A DNA stretch of 64,000 nucleotides from Eledone cirrhosa (GCA_964016885.1 OZ024741.1:257548001-257612000); one strand, 5' to 3'. Shown: positions 12,623 through 25,790, counted from the first letter of the stretch. The notes: generated by a model not told the origin, from the sequence alone. A program made the numbers and translations.

Positions 12623-13799
12623 CTGAAAATATCATTATAGAAAAAAAAAAAATTCATACATCATTATATATATATATATATATATATATCACAGTCACTC
12701 CTCTCTCTCTTTATATAATCACACATACAATCTCCCTTTCTCGCTCTAGCAATCTTATAAAATCAAAGATAAGCAACATAAACACACGCACACACACATA
12801 AGCGTGTTGAAAAAATCCAAATCGCTTCATCTTTCTCTTTCACACTCTCTCTCTATATATACAGTATAGATATAACGGAAGTATTGAAATTTGAATTTTT
12901 CAAAAGAAGTGAATCTTGAACTATGTAATTATATTTTTAATATATGTTTAATCATGTGTTACGAAATTTAGTAGATAAATGATGTAATATTCATTAATTA
13001 TTTATTCAAAGTAATCAAACTTATTTTACAAACGGGATAAAAAATTATATTCTGGATGCAGTGCCGCACTCCTTTCTTTATCATAGTTAAGATATCATAT
13101 ATTATATATATATATCATATATTATGTATATATCACACACACACACATATATATATATACACGAATATATACAAACATATTTACTAGTGGGGTCTATCAA
13201 GACACCTCAGTAAAATAATCAATGAATAAAAGTCTAGAAAATATATTTTCATATAGATGAGTTTGGAACTAATTATCATTAAACTATTATATCCTAGAAT
13301 ATCAAGGAAATATAACGTAATTAATAGATACAGCGAAGAAAATATATCATATACAACAGATAATTGTTTCTACTTTTGGCACAAGGCCAGCAATTATCCC
13401 AGTGCATTACTTTATTTTATTGACCCTGTAAGTATAAAAGGCAAAGTTAACCTCGGCGGGATTTGAACATGTTGCAAAGCATAGTGTCTGACGCTCTACC
13501 GATACTGCCAATATAATGTAGAGTTAACAGGAATGTAATGTTGATATAACTATATGTTCTGAATGATAAACTTCGTTTTGTTAAGAATAGAGTTCAACGT
13601 AATATAGAATAGATATTTCATAATGAGCGACAAAAAGAAAATCTCATATTTTTCAATGTAAATATTGAATAGTATTAGAAAGGATGTTGATCTTTAGTTG
13701 TTGTCAGAGCAATGCTGCGAATAGAAAATTAATATGAAATCTTATACATATTTTCTTCAAGATAAATATATATTTTATACATTCTAGAGATATAAATAC

Positions 13800-13934
13800 C
13801 TTGTTGACAGTCGTACTCCTGATAACCTGCAGCACATTCATTTGGACATCTTCCATTTGTTTTATCACAGTTTTCGTTCCTGGCACAATGACAACGTTTC
13901 CCGCAATTGTTACCAAATGTTCCTTGACCGCATT
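13800..13934 (-). CDS. EGF-like exon of the same gene
   Basis: 135 nt, AG/GT, phase 1/1. Encodes ECGQGTFGNNCGKRCHCARNENCDKTNGRCPNECAAGYQEYDCQQ. Confidence 0.85.
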
Positions 13935-14083
13935 CTGAAAATATCATTATAGAAAAAAAAATAATTCATACATCATTATATATATATATCACAGTCACTC
14001 CTCTCTCTCTTTATATAATCACACATACAATCTCCCTTTCTCGCTCTAGCAATCTTATCAAATCAAAGATCAACAACATAAAC

Positions 14084-14132
<49 letters not shown>

Positions 14133-14514
14133 AGCGTGTTGAAAAAATCCAAATCGCTTCATCTTTCTCTTTCACTCTCTCTTTCTCTATATATAGTATA
14201 GATATAACGGAAATATTGAAATTTGAATTTTTCAAAAGAAGTGAATCTTGAACTATGTAATAATATTTTTATTATATGTTTAATCATGTGTTACGATATT
14301 TAGTAGATAAATGATGTAATATTCATTAATTATTTATTCAAAGTAATCAAACTTATTTTACAAACGGGATAAAAAAATTATATTCTGGATGCAGTCCCGC
14401 ACTCCTTTCTTTATCATAGTTAAGATATCATATATTATATATATATATATATATCATATATTATATATATATATCATATATTATGTATATATCACACACA
14501 CACATATATATGTG

Positions 14515-14577
<63 letters not shown>

Positions 14578-15359
14578 ACATATTTACTAGTGGGGTCTAT
14601 CAAGACATCTCAGTAAAATAATCAATGAATAAAACTCTAGAAAATATATTTTCATATAGATGAGTTTGGAACTAATTATCATTAAACTATTATATCCTAG
14701 AATATTAAGGAAATATAAAGTAATTATTAGATACAGCGAAGAAAATATATCATATACAACATTTAATTGTTTCTACCTTTGGCACAAGGCCAGCAATTAT
14801 CCCAGTGCATTACTTTATTTTATTGACCCTGTAAGTATAAAAGGCAAAGTTAACCTCGGCGGAGTTTGAACATAGAACGTAAAGGACTTTAACTCTATGC
14901 TGCAAAGCATGGTGTCTGACGCTTACCGATACTGCCAATATAATTGTTTCTACTTTTGGCACAAGGCAAGCAATTATTCTAGGGTATTACTGGTACTTTA
15001 TTTTATCCAGCCCATAAGGATGAAAGGCAAAGGTAACCTCGGTGGGATTTGAACTCAGAGTTAACAGGAATGTAATGTTGATATAATATATGTTCTGAAT
15101 GTTAAACCTTATTTTGTTAAGAATAGAGTTCTATGTAATATAGAATAGATATTTCCTAACGAGAGATCAAAAGAAAATCTCATATTTTTCAATGTAAAGA
15201 TTGAATAGTATTAGAAACTGTGGTGATGTTTAGTTGTTGTCAGAGCAATGCTGCGAATAAAGAAATATATAGTTACATCTCTAGAAAATTAATATGAAAT
15301 CTTATACATATTTTGTTCAACATAAATATATATTTTATACATTCTAGAGATATAAATAC

Positions 15360-15494
15360 CTTGTTGACAGTCGTCCCCCTGATAACCTGCAGCACATCCA
15401 TTTGGACATCTTCCATTTGTTTTATCACAGTTTTCGTTCTTTGCACAATGACAAAGTTTAGTGCAATTTTTACCAAATGTTCCTTGACGACATT
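15360..15494 (-). CDS. EGF-like exon of the same gene
   Basis: 135 nt, AG/GT. Encodes ECRQGTFGKNCTKLCHCAKNENCDKTNGRCPNGCAAGYQGDDCQQ. Confidence 0.85.
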
Positions 15495-15590
15495 CTGAAA
15501 ATATCATTATAGAAAAAAACTAATTCATACATCATTATATATATACATTTAATGTTATCACCGAGATAGTTTACACACACACACTCACAG

Positions 15591-15669
<79 letters not shown>

Positions 15670-15716
15670 TATGTATACTTGTATATGTATGTATGTATAT
15701 ATATATATATATATAT

Positions 15717-16166
15717 ATAAGTACGTATACGTACATACATATATGTATACAGACGTACAGTAGTATGTATATATATATACATACATGCACACATATATAT
15801 ATGTTCGTATGGATTCACCGAACATTTATTATAATGCTCGGTGTGTTTGTAAACAAATATCCCGAATTAAGCCGTACAGTGTCTAGCAAGCATCGTTGTT
15901 CATTTGTTCAGCACTGACAAAGTATAGCTAATAAGCTTGAAACTAGTACAGCGTTCCTTTGTCAGTGTTGAACAAATGAGCAACGATGGTTGCTAGACAC
16001 TGAACGGCTTAATTCGGGTTGTTTGTTTACAAACACACCGAGCATTATAATAAATGTTCGGTGAATCCATACGTACATATATATATATGTGTGCATGCAT
16101 GTATATATATATATACATACTACTGTACGTCTGTATACATATATGTATGTACGTATACATACTTAT
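15717..16166. repeat. Long fold-back palindrome (arms about 205 bp, spacer about 34 bp)
   Basis: 15717-15922 is the near-perfect reverse complement of 15957-16166. Duplicated at 24492-24945. Confidence 0.9.
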
Positions 16167-16396
16167 ATTTAAGTAACAGCCGTACTAAGCGTGGGAAATG
16201 ATATGTAGTATGTATATATATAATAAATGTGTCTCAATGTTTGTATAGTTGTGTATTTCGGAATATCTCTCAATATTATTTTACGGTTGAATGTTTAGAG
16301 AATATATTTGGATATAGATCAGTGTAAATCTAATTCCCATTAGCCAAGTTATAATATTTACTGAAACATTATGGAATAAAATGTATTGATAATAAC

Positions 16397-16525
16397 CTTC
16401 CTCACAGTTGAATCCGGAGTAGCCGCTATCACAGCTACCTGGACATGATCCATTAATGTGGTTACATTCTTCAGTACAATAACAGTGCCGTTTACAGCCA
16501 AGACCAAACTGACGATTATAACATT
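16397..16525 (-). CDS. Divergent EGF-like exon of the same gene (not in the ORF track)
   Basis: 129 nt, atttcAG acceptor and GTtatt donor, phase 1/1. Encodes ECYNRQFGLGCKRHCYCTEECNHINGSCPGSCDSGYSGFNCEE (8 Cys). Confidence 0.85.
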
Positions 16526-16903
16526 CTGAAATATAAATGGTTTCATGTGAATTGTAGCCACACTAAGATAATGATAATATTTAGATTGTAAGATATGCCT
16601 CACTATATTACTGGTATTTGTTTTATAAACTCTAGAAGCAGGATAAAACTGTTTGTATCCCACATGATATAATATATCAGCAGAGGACTGTGGAATGATA
16701 GGATTGACTGGTATGAAAGCTCAACGTCATTACAATTAATGTGATGTAATAATTCTTGTAAAACAAATTAGGTAACATACGTAATATGCATAAAATCATG
16801 AAAGACCAATGGAAGAAACAAACGATATAATCAGAACAACATATAAACCATTTCTTTCCTTCTTATGTGAGTTATGTTCATCAACATTGAACGACTATAA
16901 CTC

Positions 16904-16986
<83 letters not shown>

Positions 16987-17189
16987 TACTTGGGGAGGGT
17001 CAAACTGCTATAATATTGCCAGAAATAATAACAGAACGCACCCATTGTTTGGTTTGGGCTGGTTTTCGCTTCTGTATCTTTTATATCTCCATAGTTAATT
17101 TTTTTGGCAATCAATGTTTATCAATGAGATAACCAGCGGTTAAAAATACAGATATAAATATATATATATAGTCTATCAAAGTTTTTTCA

Positions 17190-18270
17190 TCGTTCTTCTT
17201 GTCTCTGTCTCTGCGCATGCGTTTGCGTGTGTGTATAATGTTTGGTGTGTGTGTTCACGTTTAAGTGTATGTGTTTTTATTTTTGTATTCTATCTGTGTA
17301 CACTAGTGTGTGTTTATATGTGTTTGTTGTTATTGTTCTTATGTATATATTTATTTAATTAAATTATCAGATTGTACAAAGGAGCCACAGAGAAATATAA
17401 GACCCTCGCAGAAATGGACATGAAAGGAATTTACCCATTATACAGGAGAAAATCATGGAATAGCTTAGATAAGACTAAAAATAAGATAGGGATTGCCACT
17501 TCATGGTACGACAACCAGAGAAGCCAAAGTATCATGTTGGTGGATGCTACCCCTGGAGGGACATTAGCTGAGCAATGTAGAAAGGCCCTAAGAAAGACCC
17601 ATCTAAAAATTAAAGTGGTAGAAAAGCCAGGAACTACCATAAAATCCCTGATCAGCAGGACATACCCCTTTAAGAAAACCCACTGTACGAATGAGAAATG
17701 TGTTTTATGTAGAATGAACCCCTAGATAAATTGTGAAGCTAGAAATGTAGTCTATAGCATAAGATGTACAGAGGGTACTTGCAGAAACATGACAACGACA
17801 TACATAGGTGAGACAGCTCGAAGCATATGAGAAAGAATAGACCAACACTGGGAGGAACTAAAAGGACAAAAAAGCGGTTCTGTACTATATGAACACGCCA
17901 GACAAAGACATGACGGTAATATAGACAACATAGAAATTAAATTAATATCTAAACATAGAAATGACTCAACGGGTAGGCAAATCAGAGAAGCAACTGAAAT
18001 AGAACTAAGAAGACCGAAGTTGAACAGAAAGAACGAATGGAACAATAACAACAACCATATCCAAACAAACAATACTGACTTAATGTAAATATAAATAAAT
18101 AGATAAATAAATATATACACAAGTACAATAACAACAAAGACATATAAACACACACTAGTGAACAAAGAGAGAATACAAAACAAAAACACATACACTCAAA
18201 CGCTAATACACACATCAAATAGTATACACACACGTCAACGCATGCACAGGGACAGAGACAAGAAGAAATA
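17190..18270 (+). mobile_element. 5'-truncated Penelope-like element (GIY-YIG) with an inverted copy of its 3' UTR upstream
   Basis: Encodes VDATPGGTLA...KVVEKPG...CTNEKCVLC...NVVYSIRC...YIGETARS. 17190-17358 is the reverse complement of about 18100-18268. Confidence 0.85.
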
Positions 18271-18329
18271 AATTAATTAATTAAATTAAATAAAAATGGC
18301 GTAAACTTTACAATACAACGGAAGGAAAT

Positions 18330-18746
18330 ATAATAGTACCACTGACGATGCTCTACACAGAGCCGGATACAATAATAAATTTAACTACATCGATAAGAAT
18401 ATTATACACCTACCTCCTAAATGTTACTATAATATTAATAATAAACAAATTAACCAAAATAATAAATCAAATAAAAAGCTAGAACTATAAATATTATTTG
18501 GTATTCTCCTCCAATTTCTTTAGGAATTAAGACACCTTTAGCACACCAAATGTTTAAGGCTTTAGATAAATGTTTTCCTAAATCCCATAAATATCACTCT
18601 ATTTTTAACAGACATACAATAAAACTTTCTTATTCTACTACTATGAATATAGCACAAAATATGAATAGAATTAGTAATAGGAACTTAAAATTAAACTCAA
18701 TGCAAATAAACCTAAATAGCAATAACAATATTACTAATAACATTAC

Positions 18747-18750
<4 letters not shown>
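18330..18750 (+). mobile_element. Penelope-like element, 5' half, split by Dong-like insertions
   Basis: DALHRAGY...WYSPP...FKALDKCFPKSHKYHSIFNRHTIKLSYSTTMNI; homologous to 54360-54540. Confidence 0.8.
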
Positions 18751-18820
<70 letters not shown>

Positions 18821-18822
<2 letters not shown>

Positions 18823-19326
18823 AAATGGTATGAGCATAGGCCAGAGGCGGTGATGGAGAACAATCAGGTGAAGGTGCTGTGGGATTTTAGGATACAGACG
18901 GACAAAAAACTGGAACACAATAGACCTGACCTGGTGGTTGTGGACAAAGAAAAAAGATCGTGCCTGATTGTGGATGTGGCCTGCCCGTTCGACACGAGAG
19001 TGCAAGAGAAGGAGAGGGAGAAAATTAACCGATACCAGGACCTAAAGTGGGAGGTGAAAAGGATTTGGAACTGCCATGAAGTCAAAGTGATCCCGATTGT
19101 CATAGGCGCACTGGGGACTATCTCCAAAAGTTTCCAGGGATGGTTAAAGAAAATCGGCCCCTTCACGCTTTTTGGAACGCTTCAAAAGGCATGCTTGCTT
19201 GGAACAGCAAGAACCCTCCGATACGTCCTGAATATCTGAGGCTGCAGGTAGTGGCTTGATATTCAATCCAACGGACTTTCCAGTTAACCAACATCAATGA
19301 CTGAGATTCAAGGAATAACAATAACG

Positions 19327-19330
<4 letters not shown>
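18821..19330 (+). mobile_element. R4/Dong-like family A, short 3' fragment
   Basis: RLE domain (NRPDLVVVD...IVDVACP...EKINRYQDL...IPIVIGALG...YVLNI) plus 3' UTR, flanked by (AAT)n. Confidence 0.9.
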
Positions 19331-19394
<64 letters not shown>

Positions 19395-19397
<3 letters not shown>

Positions 19398-22289
19398 GAA
19401 ACAACAGCTAAGGTAAACAAAGTCATCCCATACCTTGAGGCGAGGAGTCTTCACCAGTGCAACAATATCCTCAAAGCAACAGCAAATACGGTGAGGAAAC
19501 TACTTGGTATAAAAGCGAGAGGAAACAACAGACAAGAAAGAGCAGAGCCGTGGTGGAAGAAGCGACTGAGTGGGCAAATCGGGGAAATGAGAAATGACAT
19601 AGGAAAGCTTGAGTCACTGCTGAATGGGACACTAAAAAACATAGGCACTAAACATAGACTGGAAATAAAATACAAAACTAGGAGTAAAAAGCTAAATATT
19701 ATCATAGAGGAATTGAAGCAACGCATTGTAGCAAAGAGTGCCAAAATCAGGCGATACGAGAACAGAGTCAGTCAGTATAAACAGAACCGCATGTTCGACA
19801 ACAACCAGAAGATGCTGCTTGGGCAGCTTGAGGGGAAAGAAAGAGGCAACGACTTGATCCCTGGGGCGGAACAAGCTAAAACATTCTGGAGAGGAATATG
19901 GGAGCAGGATGTTAGACACAATGCCCAGGCAGGGTGGATTGAGACAGTACAGAGGGAGATCGGTGAGAAGGCACAGCAACAGACTGATTTGAGTATCACA
20001 GTTGAAACTCTTAAGGGGCAAGCCAAAAAACTAACCAACTGGAAATCACCAGGCCCAGATGGTGTGCAGGGGTATTGGATTAAACATTTAACATCCCTCC
20101 ACCCGAAGCTGACGGCCATGTTCAATGACTGCTTGGTGTCGGGTGAGGTGCCAGAGTGGTTGACAAAAGGTACCACAGTTCTGATAATGAAAGACCGAAT
20201 CAAGGGTAATGATGTTACCAACTATAGACCTATCACATGTCTGCCCGTAATGTGGAAACTGTTGACGAGCATTGTGTCTGAGGAAATCTACCATCACCTC
20301 CACACAAACAACTTGTTACCGGACGAACAGAAAGGATGCCGAAAGAAGTCACGTGGTACAAAGGACCAGTTGCTTATTGATAAGATGGTAATGGGGAATT
20401 GCAGGAGTAGACACACTGATCTTGCCATGGGATGGATAGACTACAGAAAGGCATTTGACATGGTGCCTCATTCCTGGATCACCAAAAGCCTGGAGGTCTT
20501 CAGGGTGGCAGATAACATCAGACAGTTGCTGGGCAGGAGTATGGGGTCCTGGGAGACAGAGTTGACATCAACTGGAGTATCCTTGGGAAGCGTGAAGATC
20601 AAGAGAAGTATCTTCCAGGGAGATAGCCTGTCCCCTCTGTTGTTTGTCCTTGCCCTGATGCCCTTGACCATTATGCTGCGAAAAGTGAGAGCAGGATACA
20701 AGTTGGGAAGGGGAGAGCTTACCATCAATCACCTCCTCTTCATGGACGATCTTAAGCTCTTCGGGAAAAGTGAGAAGGAGTTGGATGTGCTTGTTGACAC
20801 TGTCCGTATTTTCAGCAGTGATATATGTATGCAGTTTGGTATTGGTAAATGTGGAGTCATTGTGATGAAGAGGGGTAGGTTGAGCAGAAGTAACGGGATC
20901 CAGATACCAACAGGTGAGATGATAAAGGAAATTGACTCTGAGGAAGGATACAAGTATTTGGGCGTTCTGGAGGCTGATGGCATAAAGAACAAAAAAATGA
21001 AGGAATTGTTAAGAACTGAATACATTCGGAGAGTAAGGAGCGTATTGAAGTCACATCTGAACAGCAGAAATGCCATAAGCGCAGTAAATTCCCGAGCTGT
21101 GTCTATTATTAGGTACAGTGCGGGAATTCTGAGATGGAATGTTGCTGAACAAAAAGAAATGGATAGGAAGACTAGGAAGCTATTGACTATCTACAACATG
21201 TTCCACAAGAGGAGTGATGTCGATAGACTCTACCTAAGGAGATCTGAGGGTGGAAGAGGTCTTATCAGCATAGAGGACTGTGTTCAGATGGAGAAAAACA
21301 ACCTATACAAATACGTGACCTATAGTAAGGAGCCAATGCTCAGAACTGTACTGAAGGAGGGGACAGTAGGCCAGGGGATGTCCAAGGAGGAAATAACATC
21401 AAGGAGGAAGAGCAGCCTTAAGGGAAAATCCCTTCATAGTACCTTCTTTGAGAAAACTGAATTTAGAGATCCACAGACATGGAACTGGTTGAGAAGAGGA
21501 GACCTCAAAAAGGCTACAGAAGGAATGCTAATGGCTGCGCAGGAGCAGGCCCTCAAAACGAAGTGGTTGAAGCACCATATCTACAAGGAGGAGGCTAGCC
21601 CACTCTGCAGGATCTGTGGAGAGAGAGAGGAGACTGTGGCTCACATTGTGTCCGAGTGTAAACACCTAGCCCAGACCCACTATAAGGGCTGGAGACACGA
21701 TGTGATGGGCAGGGTGATCCACTGGCACCTGTGCAAAGTAAACAATCTACCACATTCTGAGAAATGGTATGAGCATAGGCCAGAGGCGGTGATGGAGAAC
21801 AGTCAGGTGAAGGTGCTGTGGGATTTTAGGATACAGACGGACAAAAAACTGGAACACAATAGACCTGACCTGGTGGTTGTGGACAAAGAAAAAAGATCGT
21901 GCCTGATTGTGGATGTGGCCTGCCCGTTCGACACGAGAGTGCAAGAGAAGGAGAGGGAGAAAATTAACCGATACCAGGACCTAAAGTGGGAGGTGAAAAG
22001 GATTTGGAACTGCCATGAAGTCAAAGTGATCCCGATTGTCATAGGCGCACTGGGGACTATCTCCAAAGGTTTCCAGGGATGGTTAAAGAAAATCGGCCCC
22101 TTCACGCTTTTTGGAACGCTTCAAAAGGCATGCTTGCTTGGAACAGCAAGAACCCTCCGATACGTCCTGAATATCTGAGGCTGCAGGTAGTGGCTTGATA
22201 TTCAATCCAACGGACTTTCCAGTTAACCAACATCAATGACTGAGATTCAAGGAATAACAATAACAATGATAATAATAATAATAATAATA
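19395..22289 (+). mobile_element. R4/Dong-like family A, 5'-truncated copy with an uninterrupted RT-ZnF-RLE frame (19491-22178)
   Basis: RT motifs (YRPITCL, WIDYRKAFD, FQGDSLSP, FMDD), CCHC (CRIC...H...C) and the RPD..D..EK RLE. Almost identical to 41609-44390 and lies between (AAT)n tracts. Confidence 0.95.
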
Positions 22290-22760
22290 CCGTATCTCTA
22301 AACAACAATCTAAGAAAATGTAATTGCAGAAATAAAATATCTTGCCCTTTACAGAATAATTGCCTAGATACAAATGCACCATAAAAACTAGAAATAGATT
22401 ATATAATTATATAGGAGCTACTTCTACAAAATTTAAGGACCGTTGATAATAATCATAAACATACTTTCAAACGAACGGACAAAAAATTCTCAACTTCACT
22501 ATCACATTTAATTTGGTCTTTAAAAGACAATAATACTGACTATTCGATCTCTTGGTGAAGGATATCGAAAGCGCCTGTTTACCAGACTATGGCTCTCTCA
22601 AGAATATTTCATCTTTGTATTGAAGAAATCTTTTATAATTATCAATTCGAGTAATACTATAAACAAACTATAAACAAACAATAAACAAACAAAAAAAGAA
22701 ATATTTAATTCTTGTTTGCATCGATTTTCTAGAACATTAAAAAATATTCATAATTTATAG
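22290..22760 (+). mobile_element. Penelope-like element, 3' half (GIY-YIG)
   Basis: KCNCRNKISCPLQNNCL...YIGATSTKFKDR...SLSHLIWSLKDNN. It resumes the element broken at about 18750-18790. Confidence 0.8.
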
Positions 22761-23349
22761 AAAATACTGCACATGGCCTTTATAAGTTGCCTAGTTGTTT
22801 TTAAAGGTGTTTTTAAAGGTTTTATAAAAGTTTTTATAAGTTTTTAAATTTATACATACAAATACTTAATATATCAAATTTATTGTTATCAAAATCTATA
22901 CATAGAAAGTTTTATCTTTTTATTAATATCTATATGGTGCTCTGAAATCATATATAATTTTTTATTTATATTGTAATTATAATATAAATTGTAATTAATT
23001 ATTAGGTTAAACATTAGATCAAACTATATATCTTCAAATAACTTAAACTCTTTAAATTAATAAAAATTAGAGTTATCTTTTCCTTTGATAAAATCTTGTT
23101 TACATTTCACGTATACGAGACATTCAAACTCAACATAAATGTTTAAATTTTTAAATTTATATTTCTAACCTTATACCTAGATTATACATAATATTATACA
23201 TGTTCTCTATAAAAATATAATTATTTTCACATTCTTAAGTTATATATAGAAAATGCACATATATCTTCGCTCGGCATATCCTAACTGTTTTCATAAGGAA
23301 ACAAAATATATATTCACGCATAACTATTTATGTACTAAATAAATGTTTT

Positions 23350-23810
23350 AATAACTGTTTCTACTTTAGGCACAAGGCCAGCAATTACCCAGTGCATTAC
23401 TGGTACTTTATTTTATCGACCCCGTAAGGATGAAAGGCAAAGTCAATCTCGGCGGGATTTGAACTCAGATCGTTTTAATAACGGTTTATTATATAGGCAC
23501 AAGGCCAGTAATTTGGGGGGAGGGGAAAGTCGATTAAATCGACCCCAGTGCGTGACTGGTACTTTATTTTATCGACCCCATAAGGATGAAAGGCAAAGTT
23601 AACCTCGGCGGGATTTGAGCTCAGATCATAAAGAGTCGTAACTCTATGCTGCAAAGCATGGTGTCTGACGCTCTACCGATACTGCCAATATAATTGTTTC
23701 TACTTTTGGCACAAGGCAAGCAATTATTCTAGGGTATTACTGGTACTTTATTTTATCAACCCCATAAGGATGAAAGGCAAAGGTAACCTTAGTGGGATTT
23801 GAACTCAGAG
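23350..23810 (-). mobile_element. Three tandem or nested SINE family 1 copies
   Basis: Repeated ggcacaaggc...tttattttatc.accc..taaggatgaaaggcaaag...gggatttga.ctcag units. Confidence 0.8.
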
Positions 23811-24109
23811 TTAACAGGAATGTAATGTTGATATAATATATGTTCTGAATGTTAAACCTTATTTTGTTAAGAATAGAGTTCTATATAATATAGAATAGAT
23901 ATTTCCTAACGAGAGATCATAAGAAAATCTCATATTTTTCAATGTAAAGATTGAATAGTATTAGAAACTGTGGTGATGTTTAGTTGTTGTCAGAGCAATG
24001 CTGCTAATAAAGAAATATATAGTTACATCTCTAGAAAATTAATATGAAATCTTATACATATTTTGTTCAACATAAATATATATTTTATACATTCTAGAGA
24101 TATAAATAC

Positions 24110-24244
24110 CTTGTTGACAGTAGTACCCGTAATATCCTGCAGCACATCCATTTGGACATCTTCCATTTGTTTTATCACAGTTTTCGTTCTTTGCACAATG
24201 ACAAAGTTTAGTGCAATTTTTACCAAATGTTCCTTGACGACATT
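24110..24244 (-). CDS. EGF-like exon of the same gene
   Basis: 135 nt, AG/GT. Encodes ECRQGTFGKNCTKLCHCAKNENCDKTNGRCPNGCAAGYYGYYCQQ. Confidence 0.85.
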
Positions 24245-24340
24245 CTGAAAATATCATTATAGAAAAAAACTAATTCATACATCATTATATATATACATTT
24301 AATGTTATCACCGAGATAGTTTACACACACTCACTCACAG

Positions 24341-24413
<73 letters not shown>

Positions 24414-24452
24414 TATATATATATATAAATATATGTATACTTGTATATGTAT

Positions 24453-24491
<39 letters not shown>

Positions 24492-24495
<4 letters not shown>

Positions 24496-24945
24496 TACGT
24501 ATACGTACATACATATATGTATACAGACGTACAGTAGTATGTATATATATATACATACATGCACACATATATATATGTACGTATGGATTCACCGAACATT
24601 TATTATAATGCTCGGTGTGTTTGTAAACAAACATCCCGAATTAAGCCGTACAGTGTCTAGCAAGCATCGTTGTTCATTTGTTCAGCACTGACAAAGGATA
24701 GCTAATAAGCTTGAAACTAGTACAGCGTTCCTTTGTCAGTGTTGAACAAATGAGCAACGATGGTTGCTAGACACTGTACGGCTTAATTCGGGTTGTTTTA
24801 TTTACAAACACACCGAGCATTATAATAAATGTTCGGTGAATCCATACGTACATATATATATATATGTGTGCATGCATGTATATATATATATATACATACT
24901 ACTGTACGTCTGTATACATATATGTATGTACGTATACATACTTAT
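24492..24945. repeat. Second copy of the long fold-back palindrome
   Basis: Same arms and spacer as 15717-16166. Confidence 0.9.
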
Positions 24946-25213
24946 ATTTAAGTAACAGCCGTACTAAGCGTGGGAAATGAAATTTCGTTTCATTTTTTCC
25001 GTTTATATATATATATAAAGCATCAGTCATACAAAAGTGAGTTACAAACGAAACGAAATTTAATTTCGTTTCGTTATTTGTTTTTATCGTCTCCGTTGAA
25101 CCGGTACGTACTCACGCTCTATGCAAATTAGTCTGCCCACTACTAATTTTCATAGAAAAAGCATATAACGATATGTGCTTTTACGATTCTCTAGAAAGGC
25201 CGGAAGATAGGTA

Positions 25214-25258
25214 AATATTGCTGATGAGTTGTAACAACAACGAAACTAGTTCAATATT
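25214..25258 (+). ncRNA. Minimal type I hammerhead ribozyme
   Basis: AAUAUUG-CUGAUGA-GUUGU-aaca-ACAAC-GAAA-CUAG-UU|CAAUAUU: 7-bp stem I, 5-bp stem II, palindromic stem III ACUAGU and an intact core. Confidence 0.9.
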
Positions 25259-25534
25259 CCTTGTCTGGCTTTCTGGAGAATAGAGGAAAGGTGTTTCCTC
25301 AAAAACCAGTATGACTCTAAAAACCGGTTTGTCTGTGTGTTTGCATACAGAATAGCTGGACACTCACAGTAAAGTTACCAGTGAAAAACTCGGTACATCT
25401 ACATATGTATACGTGTGTGTATTCATATGCATACTAGTATTTCAGTATACATATGTGGATGTACATTTTTAACTTAATTGTTTAAGCGTCAGTCATACAA
25501 AAGTGAGTTACTCTCTGTCTTGCCTGTTCCCCCT

Positions 25535-25790
25535 ACATGCCGCCCTCAATGACATATTGAGAAGAAGTCCTATCTTTCCATTTCAACTGCAGTCAGCAGG
25601 CTTAGACCGCAGAGATGGTAAATGCCTCAGCAGTATCACCCTCTTCCCATTCGAAGGAGGTAGATCCCTCATGTGGGGCGCCCGATGCTGTTACACGCTC
25701 TCCTCCTCCAACTTAGTTGCTTTGGCCACAAAACATGGTATTGCTACCCGCCTTGCCGAAGAACGTAAAATAAACAAATACTGGGGTTTG
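25535..25790 (+). mobile_element. CRE-clade-like non-LTR retrotransposon RLE fragment
   Basis: HAALNDILRRS...AGLDRRDGK....ITLFPFEGGRSLMW.A.C..TL...AEERKINKY resembles the CRE endonuclease (RPDG decayed). Confidence 0.65.

Larger units (their letters stand above)
11860..15570. repeat. Tandem segmental repeat, about 1.3-1.4 kb units each with a SINE remnant and an EGF exon
   Basis: Units start near 11860, 13160 and 14570 (...ctagtggggtctatcaagaca...). Further copies lie at 23640-24980 and 51630-52530, with an exon-less remnant at 8560-8820. Confidence 0.9.

Noticed and set aside
11860-15570. CRISPR-like or prokaryotic repeat array
   Set aside because: The units are kb-sized exon and intron duplications in eukaryotic DNA, with no short repeat-spacer structure or cas genes.
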